Source: Chiloscyllium plagiosum
Taxonomy: Eukaryota
DNA length: 64,000 nt
Direction of reading: 5' to 3'
Assembly: GCF_004010195.1 (NCBI RefSeq)
Contig: NC_057718.1
Location: forward strand, 77,749,571 to 77,813,570
Shown: piece after piece, positions 63,411 through 64,000 of the stretch
Position numbering within the stretch: position 1 is the first letter of the stretch
Layout: the number at the start of each line of letters is the position of its first letter
The notes under the pieces: generated by a model
What the model was told of the DNA's origin: nothing
Seen by the model: the letters and a program-made list of their open reading frames with translations, nothing else
The model's database searches: none
Made by a program: the position numbers and the translations under genes

Positions 63411-64000
63411 ATCCAAAAAAATTATGTTAATTTTAATGTCCCAGACATTTCTTCAGCACTCAGGCTAGCTTCCAAACCCTTATATGGTTCCATATGGACT
63501 GAGAGAAAAGAGAAATGACCATGTGATCTCAACTTCATTTTGTTTCAAAAGCAGAATCCTGTCTATTGTTTAAAGGCAAATTCTCTCATTTAAATAAGTC
63601 CATGAGTCTATATTGTATAAGCATGCTAAGATTAATTGGAAAGCCAAGTTAAACGTCCTTGCTGCCGAGTACATTTTCCAGCGACATAATGTTAGTGCTT
63701 ATTCAGTACTTCTTGAAGGCCAGGAGGAACAAAAGCCCTTCCCCCATCAGTGTTTCCAGCACCCCTACTCCATTCCAGACCTTCAACTGCTGGTCTCTCC
63801 GTCTCCTCAAGATTGTGGCCTTGAGGCCAAGCTTCTAATTGTGTGCTCCATCATCCCCTTCTCAATTGCAACCTCTCTTCTCCAGAGTCTTGATCACAGC
63901 CTCATACCCCCAGCCCCTCAATACAAGGCAGCATCCCCAATAATTCCTAGCTGAAGCTTTCTTCTGTTGGTTTTGTCACCCAGCTGTCATCCAAACTCTC

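Overview
Repeat-dominated eukaryotic DNA with no host protein-coding gene I can support. The repeat content (HE1-like V-SINEs, CR1 LINEs with an esterase ORF1, abundant Penelope-like elements) suggests a cartilaginous fish such as a shark; this is inference. The window holds a Gmr1-order Gypsy LTR element, a second decayed Gypsy, a solo LTR, many CR1 and CR1-group LINE fragments, a pogo/Tigger transposon, Harbinger relics and an array of tRNA-like units. The main signal is a Penelope-like element (PLE) system. At least four terminal-repeat families each carry a minimal hammerhead-ribozyme motif (CUGAnGA-stem II-GAAA-palindrome-UH), about 25 copies in total, several intact. They occur both in kb-scale fold-back insertions and in 140-480 bp non-coding mini-elements. 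Most of these have 10-15 bp target-site duplications and a 30-45 nt tail on only one arm. Two N gaps lie inside the largest PLE. All calls are by eye; no database searches were run.
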